Of a stretch of 64,000 nucleotides of DNA, positions 18,784-28,302 are shown in pieces. Both the position numbers and the translations under genes were made by a program. Below the pieces are notes generated by a model. That model was given only the letters and a program-made list of their open reading frames with translations, ran no database searches and was not told the origin of the DNA. Source of the stretch: Planctomycetota bacterium (GTDB lineage Bacteria; Planctomycetota; UBA1135; GCA-002686595); NCBI GenBank assembly GCA_041398605.1, contig JAWKUK010000026.1:1207-65206 (forward strand), written 5' to 3'. Position 1 is the first letter of the stretch. Each line of letters begins with the position of its first letter.

Positions 18784-20577
18784 ATGCACCGAGCCACCCG
18801 ATCGCGACTCTCGTGCGGCCTGCAAGCCGCCCGCTTCGCTCTCCCTGCCGCGCTGCTCGCGACGCAAGCGAGCGCCCAAGTGCCGACCGAAGTGACGTTC
18901 TCCGTCGACTGGCAAGGACCGTTGATGGGCGTGCAGTCCAGCACCGGCCTGCCGATCACCGAGGCCGACCTGCTGAGCCCGGGTGGCGCGATCTTCAACT
19001 CCGGGACGCCGGGCATCCGCATCCCGGGCGCGTTCCTCTCGCGCTACTCGACCTGTGTCGGCCACGCCCCTGGTGTGTCGTGCGGCGTCGAGCTCGACGC
19101 GCTGTCGTTCGGCAGGGACGCGCGTCTGCGTCCGACGGCCGCGTATCAGTTCGACCTGCTCTTCTCTGTCGACGAGCACGCGGTCGGCGCGCAGGGGCCG
19201 TTCGCGCCCAACGTCGCGACCGAGGCCGCCGCAAACGAGGCGGCGGGCGACGTCTTCATGCGGCGGTTCACCGGCGCGGGTCCGTTCCAGCCCGGCGCAG
19301 GCTTCAACTTCGCGGTCATCGACGGCGACGGACAGCGCAGCACCTCCGGCGCGCTGTATCCGGGGCTCGGGCTCAAGGAGCCGATCCCCGCGACGCCGAC
19401 CGTCCCAGAGCTCGGGGACAACCTCGACGCGTTCGACATCGGGCCGCCGCCGACGGTCGGAACGCGGACGTTCTTCTCGCTCGAGGGTGGCCTGCCCGAC
19501 CCGCGCGAGCCCAACGTCGCGATCACGAACTCGGCCGGCTTGCAGCCGGATCCGAACGGCACGTTGTCGTTCAACGGCGCAGACGTCTTGGTGATCGACA
19601 ACGCCGGCGTCGTGTTCTTGTACGCCTCCTCGGATCAGCTCGGCCTGTCGGGCAACGGCTTCGACGACATCGACGCGCTGATGGTCGTCGAGAACGGCGT
19701 CGCGGGGTATCAGCCCTCCCTCGTGCCGTATGACTGGATCCAAGGCGCTGGCGGCGGCCCGCGCGACCTCGTGCTCTTCTCGGTGCGCCGCGGCTCGGCG
19801 ATCATCGGCATGCTCGACAGCCAGTTCGGGATCCCGATCACGGAGGGTGACATCCTCGGGCCGCCGCTCGGCGGCACGATCGGGCAGCGCCCTTCGATCT
19901 TCATCGCGGCGGAGTCGCTGGGCCTGCAGACGAGCCGCGGCCAGTTCTTCGAGGCCGGCGACGACCTCGACGCGCTCGACATGCGCGATGACACCGAGGA
20001 GCCGTTCAAGGACTGCAACGAGAACGGCGTCGAGGACGGCCTCGAGGTGTCGAGTGGGAGCTCGCCCGACATCGACGGCAACGGCGTGCCCGACGAGTGC
20101 GAGTCGGCAGGCGAGGCGTTCTGCGACTGCGACACCGCGGCGGAGGCGGCGTGTGGGAACATCTCCGTGACGGGCCGTGGGTGCGTCAACAACACGGGGG
20201 TCGGCGCGCGCCTGATCGGCACGGGGACGAGCTCGGTCGCGACGGACGCGCTGAAGCTGACCGCCTCTTCGATGACCCCGAACACCTTCGGCGTCGTGTT
20301 CATGGGGATGACGGCGGGGTCGGCTGTGCCGCCGTTCAGCAACGGCCGCGTGTGCGTCGGCGGCTCGACCCGGATCAAGATCGCGCCGACAGGCCCGACG
20401 GGCTCCTTCGACTACGGCCCTGGCATCCTCGCGGATATCTCGCTCTTGCCTTTGCCGCCTGTGGTCACGCCTGGCTCGACGTGGGGCTTCCAGGTTTGGT
20501 ACCGAGACATCGGCGGCCCGTGCATCGGCGGCGTCTCGAACTTCACCAACGCGTGGCGCGTGCTGTACACGCCTTGA
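18784..20577 (+). CDS. secreted protein of unrecognised family, tandem paralog 2
   Basis: Signal peptide ends ...LLATQASAQ. It shares with paralog 1 the motifs FSVDWQG, PITEADLL, FSVDEHAVG, GDNLDAFD, DDIDALM, PYDW, LFSVRRGSAIIGMLDSQFGIPITEGDILGPP, IFIAAESLGL, DCNENGVEDG..DIDGNGVPDEC and FQVWYRDIGGPC..SNF. Confidence 0.8.
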   Translation: MHRATRSRLSCGLQAARFALPAALLATQASAQVPTEVTFSVDWQGPLMGVQSSTGLPITEADLLSPGGAIFNSGTPGIRIPGAFLSRYSTCVGHAPGVSCGVELDALSFGRDARLRPTAAYQFDLLFSVDEHAVGAQGPFAPNVATEAAANEAAGDVFMRRFTGAGPFQPGAGFNFAVIDGDGQRSTSGALYPGLGLKEPIPATPTVPELGDNLDAFDIGPPPTVGTRTFFSLEGGLPDPREPNVAITNSAGLQPDPNGTLSFNGADVLVIDNAGVVFLYASSDQLGLSGNGFDDIDALMVVENGVAGYQPSLVPYDWIQGAGGGPRDLVLFSVRRGSAIIGMLDSQFGIPITEGDILGPPLGGTIGQRPSIFIAAESLGLQTSRGQFFEAGDDLDALDMRDDTEEPFKDCNENGVEDGLEVSSGSSPDIDGNGVPDECESAGEAFCDCDTAAEAACGNISVTGRGCVNNTGVGARLIGTGTSSVATDALKLTASSMTPNTFGVVFMGMTAGSAVPPFSNGRVCVGGSTRIKIAPTGPTGSFDYGPGILADISLLPLPPVVTPGSTWGFQVWYRDIGGPCIGGVSNFTNAWRVLYTP

Positions 20578-20592
20578 GCGCGCAGCGCTCTG

Positions 20593-20624
20593 GCCGCGCG
20601 CGGGACGCTCGTGTCGCGCGCGGC
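20593..20624. terminator. 10-bp GC stem hairpin between convergent genes
   Basis: GCCGCGCGCG-12 nt-CGCGCGCGGC lies in the 60-bp gap between the paralog 2 stop and the ltaE stop. It is a possible bidirectional terminator with no U-tract. Confidence 0.5.
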
Positions 20625-20637
20625 AACGCGGCGTTGC

Positions 20638-21699
20638 TCACAAGAGGCGGCGCAGCGCGGCGACTGCGGCGTCGATGTCAGCGGCCGTGACGTCCAGGTG
20701 GGTCACGAGGCGCAGGCGCGCGCCGCCGGTGCACAGGACGCCCGCGGCCGCCAGGCGCTCGACGGCGCCCGGGGCCTCGAGTGGACCCCTGTCCGACACC
20801 TTGTCTGGGTCGAGCTCGACGAAGACGATGTTCGTCTCGGGCGGTTGCACGCGCACGCCAGGCAGCCCTTGCAGCCCGTCGGCCAGCGCGCGGGCGTTGG
20901 CATGGTCGAGCGCGAGCCGCTCCACGTGGTGGTCGAGCGCGTACAGCGCCGCCGCTGCGAGGACGCCGGCTTGGCGCAGCCCTCCGCCGACCATCTTGCG
21001 GATGCGCTGAGCGCGCCCGATGAGCTGGCGCGTGCCGACGAGGGCTGAGCCGATCGGCGCGCCGAGGCCCTTGCTGAAGCACACGGAGACGCTGTCGAAG
21101 TGGCTCGCGATGCGCGCCGCCGCTGCGAACGGGTCGCCGCCGCTGGCGACGGCCGCATTGAAGAGGCGCGCGCCATCGAGGTGCGTCGCGAGCCCAGCGC
21201 GGCGCGCGAGGGCGGTCGCGTCTTCGATGTAGTCGAGCGGCAGGACGTGGCCGCCCCAGGTGTTCTCGAGCGTCAAGAGCCGCGTGCGCGCGTAGTGCGG
21301 GTCGTCGGGCTTGATCGCGGCTTGGATGTCTGCGAGCGGGATCGAGCCGTCGGGCGCCTGGGTGAGCGGCTGCGGTTGGATGCTGCCGAGCACCGCGGCC
21401 CCGCCGCCTTCCCACCGATAGGTGTGCGCCATCTGACCGACGAGGTACTCGTCGCCGCGCTCGCAGTGCGCCATCAGCGCGCAGAGGTTGCTCTGTGTGC
21501 CGCTCGGCACGAAGAGCGCGGCCTCCTTGCCGAACAGCGCGGCGACGCGCGCTTGGAGCGCGTTGACCGTCGGGTCATCGCCAAAGACGTCGTCGCCGAC
21601 TTGGGCCGCCGCCATCGCGGCGCGCATCCCGGCGGTCGGGCGCGTGACGGTGTCGCTGCGGAGGTCGATCACGGTGGGGGGCGGCGCGAGAGGGGACAC
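20638..21699 (-). CDS. ltaE: low-specificity L-threonine aldolase
   Basis: Motifs [45 protein letters not shown] (PLP Lys) and GGGLRQAG. The start is uncertain. GTG 21699 gives a typical length, while the track ORF extends to ATG 21792. Confidence 0.85.
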   Translation of the reverse strand: MSPLAPPPTVIDLRSDTVTRPTAGMRAAMAAAQVGDDVFGDDPTVNALQARVAALFGKEAALFVPSGTQSNLCALMAHCERGDEYLVGQMAHTYRWEGGGAAVLGSIQPQPLTQAPDGSIPLADIQAAIKPDDPHYARTRLLTLENTWGGHVLPLDYIEDATALARRAGLATHLDGARLFNAAVASGGDPFAAAARIASHFDSVSVCFSKGLGAPIGSALVGTRQLIGRAQRIRKMVGGGLRQAGVLAAAALYALDHHVERLALDHANARALADGLQGLPGVRVQPPETNIVFVELDPDKVSDRGPLEAPGAVERLAAAGVLCTGGARLRLVTHLDVTAADIDAAVAALRRLL

Positions 21700-22094
21700 C
21701 CGGCCGAGTGTAGCGGTCGAGCAGCCGCGGCGCGCCGCCTGGCGTCGCGCGCCGGCCTCGCCGCGCGCCGGCCTCGCGGTGCGCTGGCCCATCTCGGTGG
21801 TCCCGCTCGGTCGCGCGGTCGGGGAGGCCCGCGTGTCACGTTGCAGTGTGGCGGTCAGGGCCCGAGCGGACCGGGGCCGGCGGCGAGGTGTGGCCGTGGG
21901 CGCTCGAGCAGACGTGCATGACCGCCCCCGAGCTGCCCGCGATCACCCTCCATCGCTCCCAAATCAAAGCGCTTGCCAACGGCCCTGCGTCGACCCTGCG
22001 TCGGCGCACCCGTCGTCCTCGAGCGCGCAACTGGAGCGCGCGGCGGGCATCACGGTCCAGGGAGCCGCTACACTCCGCGCCCTAGGGCCTCCGT

Positions 22095-23219
22095 TTGACC
22101 GAATCTACACTCCCTGCGCGCGGCGCGCCCCGCGCACGCGCGTCCGCCCCGCCCTCCGTGGTGCTCCCGCTCGCGCTGCTCGCCGCGCTCGTGGCGCTGC
22201 TCGCGTGCGCGACGCTGCAGGTCGGCAGCGGCGTCGGCGTGACGCTCTCGTTCTCCAGCGTCGCGCGAGGCTTGCGCGCGTGGATCGGCGCTGGCGCGCC
22301 GCTCGAGGGCGCCCTGCAGGTGCTCTTCGAGCAGCGCCTCGTCGACACCGCAGCGGCCGCGCTCGTCGGCGCTGGGCTCGCGCTCTCGGGCGGGCTCTTG
22401 CAAGGCGTCTTTCGCAACGACCTCGCGTCGCCCGGGTTGCTCGGGATCAGCTCCGGCGCGACGCTCGGCGCGGCGGCAGGGGTGATCCTGATCGGCGGCG
22501 GGCTCGGCGGCGCCGAGGCGCTCGGTGTAGCGGGCTTGTTCGGCCCGGCGCTCGTCTCGAGCTTGGCCTTCATCGGCGCCCTGGCCGTCTCTGGCCTCGT
22601 GATGCTGCTCGGCACGCGCGGCGGCCGGATCTCCGTGCCGACGCTGCTCTTGCTCGGCGTCGCGGCCAACGCGTGCCTCGGGGGCGTCCTGGCAGCGCTG
22701 CAAGAGGTGCTCTTCGAAGAGGACTACGAGCTCTCGCGGGCCGTCTTCTCATGGACCTTCGGCAACCTCGCGGACCGGACCTATGGGCAGGTCATGACGC
22801 TCCTCATGCTGATACCACTGGCCGCCCTCGTGGTGCCCTTCGTCGGCCGTGAGCTCGACTTGATCGCCGGCGGTGAAGAGGACGCGGAGTCGCTCGGCGT
22901 CGACACGCGCCGCATGAAGCTGCTCGCGGTCGGCGGCGCTTCGCTCGCGGCGGCGGCGGCGGTCGCAGTCGCGGGCCAGATCGCGTTTGTGGGCCTCGTC
23001 GTGCCGCACATCCTGCGCGGCGCGCTCGGGCACTCGCACCCGCGGCTCTTGCTCGCGTGTGTCCTGGGCGGGGCGGCGTTCCTCCTCGGCGCAGACCTCG
23101 TCAATCACTCGCTCCTCGGAGCGCGCGCGCTGCGCCCCGGCGTGATGCTGTCGCTGATCGGCGGGCCGTTCTTCCTCGCGCTGGTCCTGCGCAGGCGGGC
23201 GGAGGTGCGGACTTGGTAG
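22095..23219 (+). CDS. FecCD/BtuC-family iron-chelate (or cobalamin) ABC transporter permease
   Basis: Multi-TM protein. Motifs [54 protein letters not shown] and GGPFFL. TTG start. Confidence 0.82.
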   Translation: MTESTLPARGAPRARASAPPSVVLPLALLAALVALLACATLQVGSGVGVTLSFSSVARGLRAWIGAGAPLEGALQVLFEQRLVDTAAAALVGAGLALSGGLLQGVFRNDLASPGLLGISSGATLGAAAGVILIGGGLGGAEALGVAGLFGPALVSSLAFIGALAVSGLVMLLGTRGGRISVPTLLLLGVAANACLGGVLAALQEVLFEEDYELSRAVFSWTFGNLADRTYGQVMTLLMLIPLAALVVPFVGRELDLIAGGEEDAESLGVDTRRMKLLAVGGASLAAAAAVAVAGQIAFVGLVVPHILRGALGHSHPRLLLACVLGGAAFLLGADLVNHSLLGARALRPGVMLSLIGGPFFLALVLRRRAEVRTW

Positions 23220-24031
23220 CCCTGGTCGTGCGCGGCCTCGAGTTCGCCTATCCGGGCGGCGCGCCGGTCCTCTGCGGCGTCGACCTCGACGTGCGCGCGG
23301 GGGAGGTCGTCTGCCTCATCGGCCCGAACGGCGCGGGCAAGAGCACGCTCCTGCGGCTCTGCGCGGGCCTCATCGAGCCGACCGCGGGCACGGTCTCGTT
23401 CGCAGGTCAGCCGCTGCGCGACCTGCCCTTGCGCGCGAGGGCGCAGCGCATTGGCGTCGTGCCGCAGGCGCTCCGCGCGCTGCCGGCGATGCGCGTACGC
23501 GACTTCATCGCGCAGGGTCGCTACGCGCATCGCGCGCGCTTCGCGCGGTCGACGCCCGCGGACCACGCGGCGATCGAGCGCGCCCTCGACGAGGCCGACA
23601 TTCGCGCGTTCGCCGAGCGCCCGCTCGAGGAGCTCTCGGGCGGCCAGCGCCAGCGCGCGCTCGTCGCGCGCGCGTTGGCCCAGGAGCCCGAGCTCGTCCT
23701 CGTCGACGAGCCGACAAACGCGCTCGATCCGCGCCACCAATTGCAGGTCTTCGGGCTCGTCGCCGGGCTCGGCTGCCGCGGCCGCGCGGCGCTCGCGATC
23801 ACGCACGACCTGAACCTCGCGAGCCAATTTGCCACGCGCATCGCGCTGCTGGACGCGGGCCGGATCGTCGCCGACGGCAGCGTGCACGAGGTCCTGCGGG
23901 CGGACGTGCTCGAGCCCGTCTATCGCACGCGCTTTGAGACGGGAGCGGCCCCCGTCGCCGGCTGGGGCGAGCCGCGGCCGTGGGTGCTGCCCTGGGACGC
24001 GCCCGCGCGTCCCGACGTCACTCGGCCGTGA
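23213..24031 (+). CDS. ABC transporter ATP-binding protein (FecE/BtuD-like)
   Basis: Walker A is GPNGAGKST, the signature is LSGGQRQR, and Walker B is LVLVDEPT. The start is uncertain: TTG 23213 overlaps the permease stop, and GTG 23228 is an alternative. Confidence 0.82.
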   Translation: MVALVVRGLEFAYPGGAPVLCGVDLDVRAGEVVCLIGPNGAGKSTLLRLCAGLIEPTAGTVSFAGQPLRDLPLRARAQRIGVVPQALRALPAMRVRDFIAQGRYAHRARFARSTPADHAAIERALDEADIRAFAERPLEELSGGQRQRALVARALAQEPELVLVDEPTNALDPRHQLQVFGLVAGLGCRGRAALAITHDLNLASQFATRIALLDAGRIVADGSVHEVLRADVLEPVYRTRFETGAAPVAGWGEPRPWVLPWDAPARPDVTRP

Positions 24032-25982
24032 GCACGAGGGCGCTCGTCTGGAAGTCGTGCACGACGAGCTCGAGGTTCGTCGTGCCGCGGAAGGTGTTCC
24101 AGCGCGGCGTGTAAGCGAGGTGCAGCGGGCGCCCGAAGTCCAGCTCGCCCGCGCGGTGTGCGAGCCCGAAGGCCATCGCCTTGAACGTGCGCGCGCCGCG
24201 GCGCAGGCGCAGCATCAAGTGCGTGCCGTCCGCGCCGACGACGCGCGGCGCCTCGTCGATGCGCACGTCGCGCGCGAGCAGCAGCGGCTTGCGGTTGCGC
24301 TCGCCGAACGGCTCCAAGCGATCGATCTGGCGCATCAGGACCTCGTCGAGGGACGCGAGGCAGAGCTCGGCGTCCAGGACGAGCTCGCGCGGCCCGGGCG
24401 GGTTCTGGGCCAGCACGCCGCGCGCGTGCGCGGCGATCGCGTCGCGCAGCGCGTCGATGCGGTCGGCGCGCACGTCGCAGCCGGCGGCCTGCGCGTGCCC
24501 GCCCCAACGCTCCATCTCGGCGTCGCCGCCGCGCATGAGCTCCAGGACGTCGAGGCCCCGCGCCGAGCGCGCGCTGCCGCGGCCGACCTCGCCGTTCAGG
24601 CCGATCACGAGCGCCGGGCGGTCGAAGCGCTCCGCCAACCTGCCGGCCACGATCCCGACGACACCCTGGTGCCAGCCCTGGCCGGCGAGGACCAGCATCG
24701 GCCATGCGTCCGCGTCCTCGAAGCGGGCCGCTTCGGCGAGCGCTTGTTGCAGCACCTCGCGCTCGACCCGGCGCCGTGTTTGGTTCAGCTCGTCGAGCAC
24801 GGCGGCGGCGCGGCGCGCCTCGTGGTCCTCGGTCGCGAGCAGGACCTCCAGCGCGCGCGCGGCGCTGTCCATGCGGCCGCTGGCGTTGATGCGCGGCCCG
24901 ATCTGGAAGCTGATGTCCTCGGACGACAGCGCGCGGCCCGCGAGCCCAGCGAGGTCGAGCAGCGCGCGCACGCCAGGCGTCGGGCGCTGGGCGAGCGCGC
25001 GCAGCCCGTGGTGGGTCAAGAGGCGGTTCTCGCCGACGAGCGGGACGACGTCGCAGATCGTCGCGAGCGCGACGTAGCCCATCGAGTCGAACAGGAACTG
25101 CCGCAGGTCGTCGCGCACGCGCTGCGCGCCGGTCAGGCGTTGGCAGAGCGCCCAGGCTAGCTTGAACGCGACGGCGCTGCCGCACAGCTCGCGGAACGGG
25201 TACTCGGAGCCCGGGAGCTTCGGGTTCACGATCGCGACGGCGCCCGACTCTGGGCCCGGCAAGGGCGGCGCGCCAGCTCCTTGCGGCGGCTCGTGGTGGT
25301 CCGTGACGATCGTCTCGATGCCGTGCTCGTACAGCGCGGCGATCGTCTCGCCCGCGGACGTCCCGTTGTCGACCGAGATGACCAGGGTGGCGCCGACGCT
25401 GCGCGCCTTGGTGACGGAGTGCGGCCCGAACGAGTAGCCGTCGTCGATGCGGTGCGGGACGTGCCAGTCGACGCGCGCGCCGAGGTGGCGCAGGAGCCGC
25501 ACGAGGATCGCGGTGCCTGTGATTCCATCGACGTCGTAGTCGCCGTGGACGAGGATCACTTCGCGCTGCTCGAGGGCGCGCACGACGCGCTGCACAGCGG
25601 CCTCCATCGACGGGAGCGCCAGCGGATCGTGCAGCCGGTTCAGGTCGTGCGAGAGCATGTCCTGCGCGGCCTCAATCGAGCGGGCGCCGCGCCCGACGAG
25701 GAGGCGCGCGACGACCTCGGGGAGGCGCTCTTGGGTCACGAGGCGCGCGCGCGACTCGGCTGCTGCGGCGTCGCCAGCGCCGAGGAGGCGCCAGCGCACG
25801 GGCGCGCGCCCGCTGGCGCGTGCTGCGCCGCCGGCGGCTGGGGCTCCCGTGCCGTCCGCGGGCTCAGGGGACGCCGGAGTGGGGGAATCAGAGGGGTCGC
25901 CTGCGACCTTGGATCCGAGCGGGAGCGCCATCGCCGCCCACCATAACGAGTCCCTTGCCCCGCTGGGGCTGGCCTGCTTCAT
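24018..25982 (-). CDS. recJ: single-stranded-DNA-specific exonuclease RecJ
   Basis: DHH motifs ILVHGDYDVDGITG, ISVDNGTS and VTDHHEP, plus DHHA1-type GGHAQAAG. Confidence 0.9.
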   Translation of the reverse strand: MKQASPSGARDSLWWAAMALPLGSKVAGDPSDSPTPASPEPADGTGAPAAGGAARASGRAPVRWRLLGAGDAAAAESRARLVTQERLPEVVARLLVGRGARSIEAAQDMLSHDLNRLHDPLALPSMEAAVQRVVRALEQREVILVHGDYDVDGITGTAILVRLLRHLGARVDWHVPHRIDDGYSFGPHSVTKARSVGATLVISVDNGTSAGETIAALYEHGIETIVTDHHEPPQGAGAPPLPGPESGAVAIVNPKLPGSEYPFRELCGSAVAFKLAWALCQRLTGAQRVRDDLRQFLFDSMGYVALATICDVVPLVGENRLLTHHGLRALAQRPTPGVRALLDLAGLAGRALSSEDISFQIGPRINASGRMDSAARALEVLLATEDHEARRAAAVLDELNQTRRRVEREVLQQALAEAARFEDADAWPMLVLAGQGWHQGVVGIVAGRLAERFDRPALVIGLNGEVGRGSARSARGLDVLELMRGGDAEMERWGGHAQAAGCDVRADRIDALRDAIAAHARGVLAQNPPGPRELVLDAELCLASLDEVLMRQIDRLEPFGERNRKPLLLARDVRIDEAPRVVGADGTHLMLRLRRGARTFKAMAFGLAHRAGELDFGRPLHLAYTPRWNTFRGTTNLELVVHDFQTSALVLTAE

Positions 25983-26000
25983 TCGCCAGGATTGGCGCCG

Positions 26001-27458
26001 TCACTTTGGACCCACCGACGACAGCGGTCGATCCGCTGTGCGGGCGCATGTGCGGGGGGACAGCGCGCCCTCATCTTCAGCGGAGAGCTCGCGCACGAGC
26101 TCTTCGATGGCGCGTGTGTAGTGCGTCTGCTCGCCGGTGCTCTTCACGAGTGACTGTACGCCGTTCGCGACCCGCTGCGTGGCGTCGAAGAGCGCGCTGA
26201 GGGCGCGCTCAGCACCGTCCGCTTGGTCCAGACCTTGGTGGACCGTCGCGCGCGCGCGGTCGAGCGCGGTCGAGATCGACCCCGTCTCCCGGGTGAGCCC
26301 GGTCGTGATCTTCGCGATCTTGTCGGCGGCCTCAGCAGAGCGCCCCGCGAGCGCGCGCACCTCATCGGCGACGACCGCGAAGCCGCGCCCATGCACGCCA
26401 GCGCGCGCCGCTTCAATGGTCGCGTTCAAGGCCAAGAGGTTCGTCTGGTCGGCGACGTCCGCGATCAGGCTGGACGTCTTGCTGATATCGCCCGCGGCTT
26501 CAGCGAGGCGCGCCATGACGTCGTCGACGCCGTCGAGCGACGAGTCCATCGAGCGCACGGTGGTCAGCGCGCGTTCGATCGTCCGGCTGCTCTCTGCGGC
26601 GAGGCCGGTGCTCTCGGAGGCGCGTTCGCCGAGCCCGTGCATCGCGTTGAGGAGGGCCTCTGCGGTCGCGTCGAGGCCGCTGATCTGTGCTGCGATCTCG
26701 CGCACGGCCGCCTTGGCTGCGTCGGTGCCCTCTTGGACGCGCTCCTCCGCGCGCACCTTCTCTTCCGCAACGGCCAGCCGGAGCGCCTCCGCGCGCTGCG
26801 CCTCGGCTTCGATCTGCTTCATCTCCGTCAGCGAGCGCTGGACCGTCAGGCTGAGGAACGCGACCTCGAGGATCAAGTACGTGGCGTGCTCCAGGACGCG
26901 CAGGAGCGCTTCGGTCGTGACCCCGTCGCTGCCGGTGATGCCGAACACCGACATCGGCGCGAAGATACCGCGTACGACGTGGTCGACCGCGATCACCGCA
27001 GTCGCAGCGAAGAGGACGCGGACATCGCGATACGCCGCGAGCATCGCGACCGAGACGAAGATCCCGAAGTGGGTCTCGATGTGACCGCCGGTCAGGTGGA
27101 TGAACAGGCTCGCGAACGTCATCTGCGCCACCGCGACCGCGATTCGGGTGCGCTGGGCGTCGGGCTCGTTCCGGATGAGCATGCGCGGCACGAGCGCGCT
27201 CGGGACGCCGATCAGGAGCGCGACCCACACATGAATGTGCGTGCTCCACTCCAAGCCTGCGTAGGCGCGCGGCGAGATGAGCCAGGCGAGCGCCAGCGCG
27301 ACGACCGCCTCGATCGCGAGCACCTTCGCGAAGATGTCGTGCGCGCTGCGCTGCACGCGCGCCAGGGCGGGGGCGAAGTCCGTGATCGGCGCCGCCATGG
27401 CTTGCGTGTGCGACGGGGCAATTGCCGACGAAGCGGCGGGCTGCGCGGAGGCGCTCAT
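26001..27458 (-). CDS. methyl-accepting chemotaxis protein with six-TM His-rich membrane sensor region, no periplasmic domain or HAMP
   Basis: Start ATG 27458 (MSASAQP) overlaps the upstream TGA. The signalling hairpin is [38 protein letters not shown]. The N-terminal half has six hydrophobic spans with [12 protein letters not shown]. Confidence 0.85.
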   Translation of the reverse strand: MSASAQPAASSAIAPSHTQAMAAPITDFAPALARVQRSAHDIFAKVLAIEAVVALALAWLISPRAYAGLEWSTHIHVWVALLIGVPSALVPRMLIRNEPDAQRTRIAVAVAQMTFASLFIHLTGGHIETHFGIFVSVAMLAAYRDVRVLFAATAVIAVDHVVRGIFAPMSVFGITGSDGVTTEALLRVLEHATYLILEVAFLSLTVQRSLTEMKQIEAEAQRAEALRLAVAEEKVRAEERVQEGTDAAKAAVREIAAQISGLDATAEALLNAMHGLGERASESTGLAAESSRTIERALTTVRSMDSSLDGVDDVMARLAEAAGDISKTSSLIADVADQTNLLALNATIEAARAGVHGRGFAVVADEVRALAGRSAEAADKIAKITTGLTRETGSISTALDRARATVHQGLDQADGAERALSALFDATQRVANGVQSLVKSTGEQTHYTRAIEELVRELSAEDEGALSPRTCARTADRPLSSVGPK

Positions 27459-28192
27459 GGCGTGGACGCGGTGGGGGACGTGAAGAGCGCGCAGCCGCGC
27501 GCGCTCGTCGTGGTGCATGAACGTGACGCGGTGTCGGCTCCGATCCCGGCTGGCTCGAGCTCGTTCAGCGCAGCGTGGAGCAAGGTGAGGCCACGGCTCG
27601 GGCCAGCGTGCCCGCGGGCCTCGGTCAAGCCGCCTTGGAACCGGAGCGCGCCGGCGGAGTCGTACAGCGCAAGGGTGCCAGAGCGCTCGGCCCCGAGCGC
27701 ACGCGCGAGCACACCGTCGCGATCGATGACCGCTTCGATGTCGTCGCGGGCCTGGACGCGGTCCCAGAGCGCGCCCTCGGCGAAGCCGTCCGGCGCCCCA
27801 GGCGGGACGACAAAGAGGGCGAGCCAGCGGACCTTGGGCGTGGTCGGTCCGGCCAGTGTCGCGAGCTGGTCGAGCTCGACGAGCGAGCAGGGGCACTTCG
27901 GATGCAGGACGATCAGGCCCAGCGGGGCGCCCGCGCGGGCCCCCTCCGGCGCGTCTCGATGCCTGTCGAGCGCCGCCGACACCTCGGCGGGCAGGCGCGC
28001 CGGCGCGAGGGGCACCGCGGCGCCCGAGGCGCCGTGGGCCGCGAGCGCCGCGCAGCCGAGCGCCAGCGATGCGAGCCAAATGCGCACCGCCAACGTCCGC
28101 GCGCGCGCGGCGCTGGGATCGCCGATGGGTGGGTGCGGTGGCCTGGCCTGGGGCATTCTGGTCTGTGAGCGAGGGGGATAGAGGGCTCGCAC
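27455..28192 (-). CDS. secreted thioredoxin-fold-like protein with CPC motif (family uncertain)
   Basis: Signal/lipobox is WLASLALGC. Motifs [11 protein letters not shown] and [17 protein letters not shown]-terminal CxxxxxxxC. An alternative start lies at 28156. Confidence 0.6.
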   Translation of the reverse strand: MRALYPPRSQTRMPQARPPHPPIGDPSAARARTLAVRIWLASLALGCAALAAHGASGAAVPLAPARLPAEVSAALDRHRDAPEGARAGAPLGLIVLHPKCPCSLVELDQLATLAGPTTPKVRWLALFVVPPGAPDGFAEGALWDRVQARDDIEAVIDRDGVLARALGAERSGTLALYDSAGALRFQGGLTEARGHAGPSRGLTLLHAALNELEPAGIGADTASRSCTTTSARGCALFTSPTASTP

Positions 28193-28302
28193 GCGGGGTC
28201 TCGTTGGGATCGGCCGCCAGCGGCCGGCACCTGGAGCCCGCGCGGTGGGGCCTCGCGCGCGGCATCGGAACGAGGCACCCGTTAGAGTGACGGGCCCAGC
28301 CC

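Noticed and set aside
21800-22094. Cobalamin riboswitch upstream of the BtuC/FecCD-like permease
   Set aside because: Only weak local resemblances exist (GCAACTGG and CCAGGGAGCCGC). The conserved GGGAA, GGTG..AATCC and GCCACTG core elements are absent. An Infernal scan would be needed to settle it.
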